From NCBI GenBank assembly GCA_031414775.1, contig JANOQI010000048.1, forward strand, positions 1 to 64,000: DNA of 64,000 bases, read 5' to 3'. This document shows positions 61,857 to 64,000 of this stretch, one piece after another. A program made the position numbers and the translations under genes. This stretch comes from Synechococcales cyanobacterium VAR_4_metabat_354 (GTDB lineage Bacteria > Cyanobacteriota > Cyanobacteriia > Cyanobacteriales > Chamaesiphonaceae). Under the pieces are notes generated by a model. The model did no database searches and was not told the DNA's origin. It saw only the letters and a list, made by a program, of their open reading frames with translations. Each line of letters starts with the position of its first letter. Positions within the stretch are counted from its first letter, which is position 1.

Positions 61857-64000
61857 CCTTCGCGGATAAGCTGGAGCAGATCGTTGGTAGAAATCTTGCC
61901 GCTCATCTCGGTACCCTCTAGCAAACTATTGGCCAGATCGCGTTTGTGTTGGTGTAAGTCTACGATCTTGTCTTCGATCGTGCCTTTAGCCACCAAGCGG
62001 TAAATGGTGACTGGCCGCAGTTGGCCGATCCGGTGCGCTCGATCGGATGCTTGATCTTCCACCGCTGGATTCCACCAGGGATCCAAATGAATTACATAGT
62101 CGGCGGCAGTAAGGTTCAGACCGGTGCCACCCGCCTTCAGACTAATTAAGAACACATCGCCTTCTCCAGCCTGGAAAGCATCCACCCGCTTTTTGCGTTC
62201 CTTGGCTGGAGTCCCACCATCTAAGTATTGATAGGAAATCTGGCGTTCTTCCAAATATTTTTTAACAATTTGGAGGTGATCGACAAACTGGCTAAAGACC
62301 AGAGCTTTATGGCCGTTATCGAGCAGCTCGGTCACGGTTTCACCAAATAACTCTAGCTTGGAACTAGCCAGATTTACCCCTGGTTTAACCAACTGGGCAT
62401 TACAACAGGCGCGGCGCAAGCGCATCAATTCGGCCAACACCTGCAAATGCTTCTGTCCGGCCTTGGCATCACTATTGGTGATTTTCTCGATCGCTTCCCG
62501 GCGCAGGGCTTCATAAAAGAGCTGTTCTTCTCTGCTGAGCTGGACATGCAGCAGAATTTCGGTGCGGGAGGGCAGCTCGGCTAACACCTGAGTTTTGGTA
62601 CGACGCAGAATGAACGGCTGAATTAGTTTTTTGAGCCTAGCTCGGGCTAATTTATCTTGATTACGTTCGATCGCATTGGCAAATTTTTGGTTGAAGTTAT
62701 CTAGGGAACCCAAAAGGCCGGGATTGATAAACTGGAAAAGATTCCACAATTCGCCCAAATGATTCTCGATCGGAGTGCCGGTAGTCAGTAATTTAAACTT
62801 ACCTTGCAGCCGCATCGCCGCTTGCGATCGCTTGGTTGCTCCGTTTTTGATCGCTTGGGCTTCATCCAAAACGATGGTCTCCCACTCCACTTCGGCCAAC
62901 ATGTCAGCGACATCTTCCTGTTGCAGTAAGCCATAACTACAAATCAGCAGGTCTAAAGGTTGGAGATTATCCAGCGTCTGTTGTCGATCGCTAATCCCTA
63001 GTTGGATCACATTTAAGGTCGGCGCAAACTTATCGACCTCCCCCAACCAATTGGTACAAACCGAAGTAGGAGCTAAAATGAGCGTAGGTCCAGCTGCGGC
63101 TCGATTCAAAATCAAGGCCAGCGCCTGTAAAGTCTTACCCAAACCCATATCATCGGCCAAGCAAGCACCGACTCCCCAGTGCGCCAGCTGAGACAGCCAC
63201 CGAAAGCCATCTAACTGATAGTCACGCAGTTCCGCTTGCAGTGTGGAAGGCAACTTTGGTTGAAAAGTCTTGAGATCCTGTAATTTCTGGACTTGGGCTT
63301 GCCAATGATGATCAGCTTCCAGATGACCAACTTCAGCAAAAACATCCTGCATCGCTAAACCAGCCAGAGGATGAAATTTCAACCCCTTGCCTTGAGGTTG
63401 CGAAAAAGCCCGTAGCTCATCTAGCTGTTTACGGAAGCTGGCCGTCAAAGCCAAAAATTCGCCATTCCCCAAGGGAATAAAGCGACTATTAGATCCGGCC
63501 AGTAAGTCCATTAGTTGGCGCATATCCAGCACTTGATCATCGTCTAGTTTCAGCTCGCCACTGGCCTCAAACCAATCGCGCTGCCGCTCAATCCGCATAT
63601 TGAAAGACTTTAAGTCCGCCCGTTGCTTAATTTTGAGCTTTTCGCCCTCTGGCCATTCCACCACCGCCAAGTCTGCCAAAGTTTGCAAATCTAGCAACAA
63701 CTCCAAACAAGCTTCTGGGTCACTAATCAGCCACTCGCTATTTTCCGACTCCCATGATTCTAAGGTTGGGCAAGCGGTGACTACCAACTTCGCCAACTGC
63801 TTTTCTTCATCTAGCGATCGAACAGTCTGAAATTTCTCGCCATCAATCTCAGCAATGACCATCACGCCCCCTTGGCCAGGCTGAAAATAAGGGCCATGCT
63901 GGTCAAATGGTCGTACCAGTACTGCTATTTTTAAACCCGCACCGGCTGGCAATAAGTGGATATGTGGCTGTGAATTAGCAGCGACGGTGTGGGCATTGCC
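61853..64000 (-). CDS. SNF2-family helicase, partial (5' end beyond the window)
   Basis: LADDMGLGKT, LDEAQ, TGTPIEN, LVFSQF, SLKAGG.GLNL, QASDRAHRIGQ; the frame is open to base 64000. Confidence 0.95.
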   Translation of the reverse strand, partial: GNAHTVAANSQPHIHLLPAGAGLKIAVLVRPFDQHGPYFQPGQGGVMVIAEIDGEKFQTVRSLDEEKQLAKLVVTACPTLESWESENSEWLISDPEACLELLLDLQTLADLAVVEWPEGEKLKIKQRADLKSFNMRIERQRDWFEASGELKLDDDQVLDMRQLMDLLAGSNSRFIPLGNGEFLALTASFRKQLDELRAFSQPQGKGLKFHPLAGLAMQDVFAEVGHLEADHHWQAQVQKLQDLKTFQPKLPSTLQAELRDYQLDGFRWLSQLAHWGVGACLADDMGLGKTLQALALILNRAAAGPTLILAPTSVCTNWLGEVDKFAPTLNVIQLGISDRQQTLDNLQPLDLLICSYGLLQQEDVADMLAEVEWETIVLDEAQAIKNGATKRSQAAMRLQGKFKLLTTGTPIENHLGELWNLFQFINPGLLGSLDNFNQKFANAIERNQDKLARARLKKLIQPFILRRTKTQVLAELPSRTEILLHVQLSREEQLFYEALRREAIEKITNSDAKAGQKHLQVLAELMRLRRACCNAQLVKPGVNLASSKLELFGETVTELLDNGHKALVFSQFVDHLQIVKKYLEERQISYQYLDGGTPAKERKKRVDAFQAGEGDVFLISLKAGGTGLNLTAADYVIHLDPWWNPAVEDQASDRAHRIGQLRPVTIYRLVAKGTIEDKIVDLHQHKRDLANSLLEGTEMSGKISTNDLLQLIREG

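Larger units (their letters stand above)
2941..63821. repeat. Highly iterated palindrome (HIP1-type, CGATCG core) dispersed through the window
   Basis: Very many CGATCG sites, both GCGATCGC and TCGATCGA/overlapping runs (e.g. TCGATCGATCGATCGC at 48361). Confidence 0.9.

Noticed and set aside
837..63830. Numerous 60-170 aa antisense or nested ORFs in the ORF track
   Set aside because: They overlap well-supported genes and have no recognisable motifs; shadow ORFs.
1..64000. CRISPR array, rRNA, integrase or prophage genes
   Set aside because: No regularly spaced repeat-spacer array, rRNA-like sequence, recombinase or phage gene seen.

Overview
Cyanobacterial chromosomal segment. The assignment rests on very frequent CGATCG/HIP1-type palindromes and on ndhN, hli, rbcR/ycf30, ycf19-like and 6S RNA genes. 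It is mostly housekeeping: ispG, aroK, argB, ald, pcrA, pacL-type ATPase, recF, parC/gyrA paralogue, rimI, holA, gmk, nadC, trpD, folK, tsaB, upp, lepB, rimM, thrS, ndhN, hemE, tRNA-Glu and tRNA-Leu. Accessory or unexplained elements: (1) an IS200/IS605 element with an apparently intact TnpB, a frameshifted tnpA and a small palindromic repeat inserted in-frame in tnpB, sitting directly upstream of the 6S RNA gene; (2) an AAA-ATPase + S8 protease (ietAS-type) defence/TA pair downstream of tRNA-Glu; (3) a tandemly duplicated ~195-bp non-coding unit (palindromic operator, -10 box, ~70-nt RNA, terminator) that looks like a pair of unannotated sRNA genes; (4) a multi-hairpin leader upstream of folK; (5) several decayed toxin/nuclease remnants (HepT, Uma2, possibly RelBE-like) and a cluster of small accessory genes at 14.3-18.2 kb. 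No CRISPR array or rRNA was seen. All calls come from reading the sequence; no searches were run.
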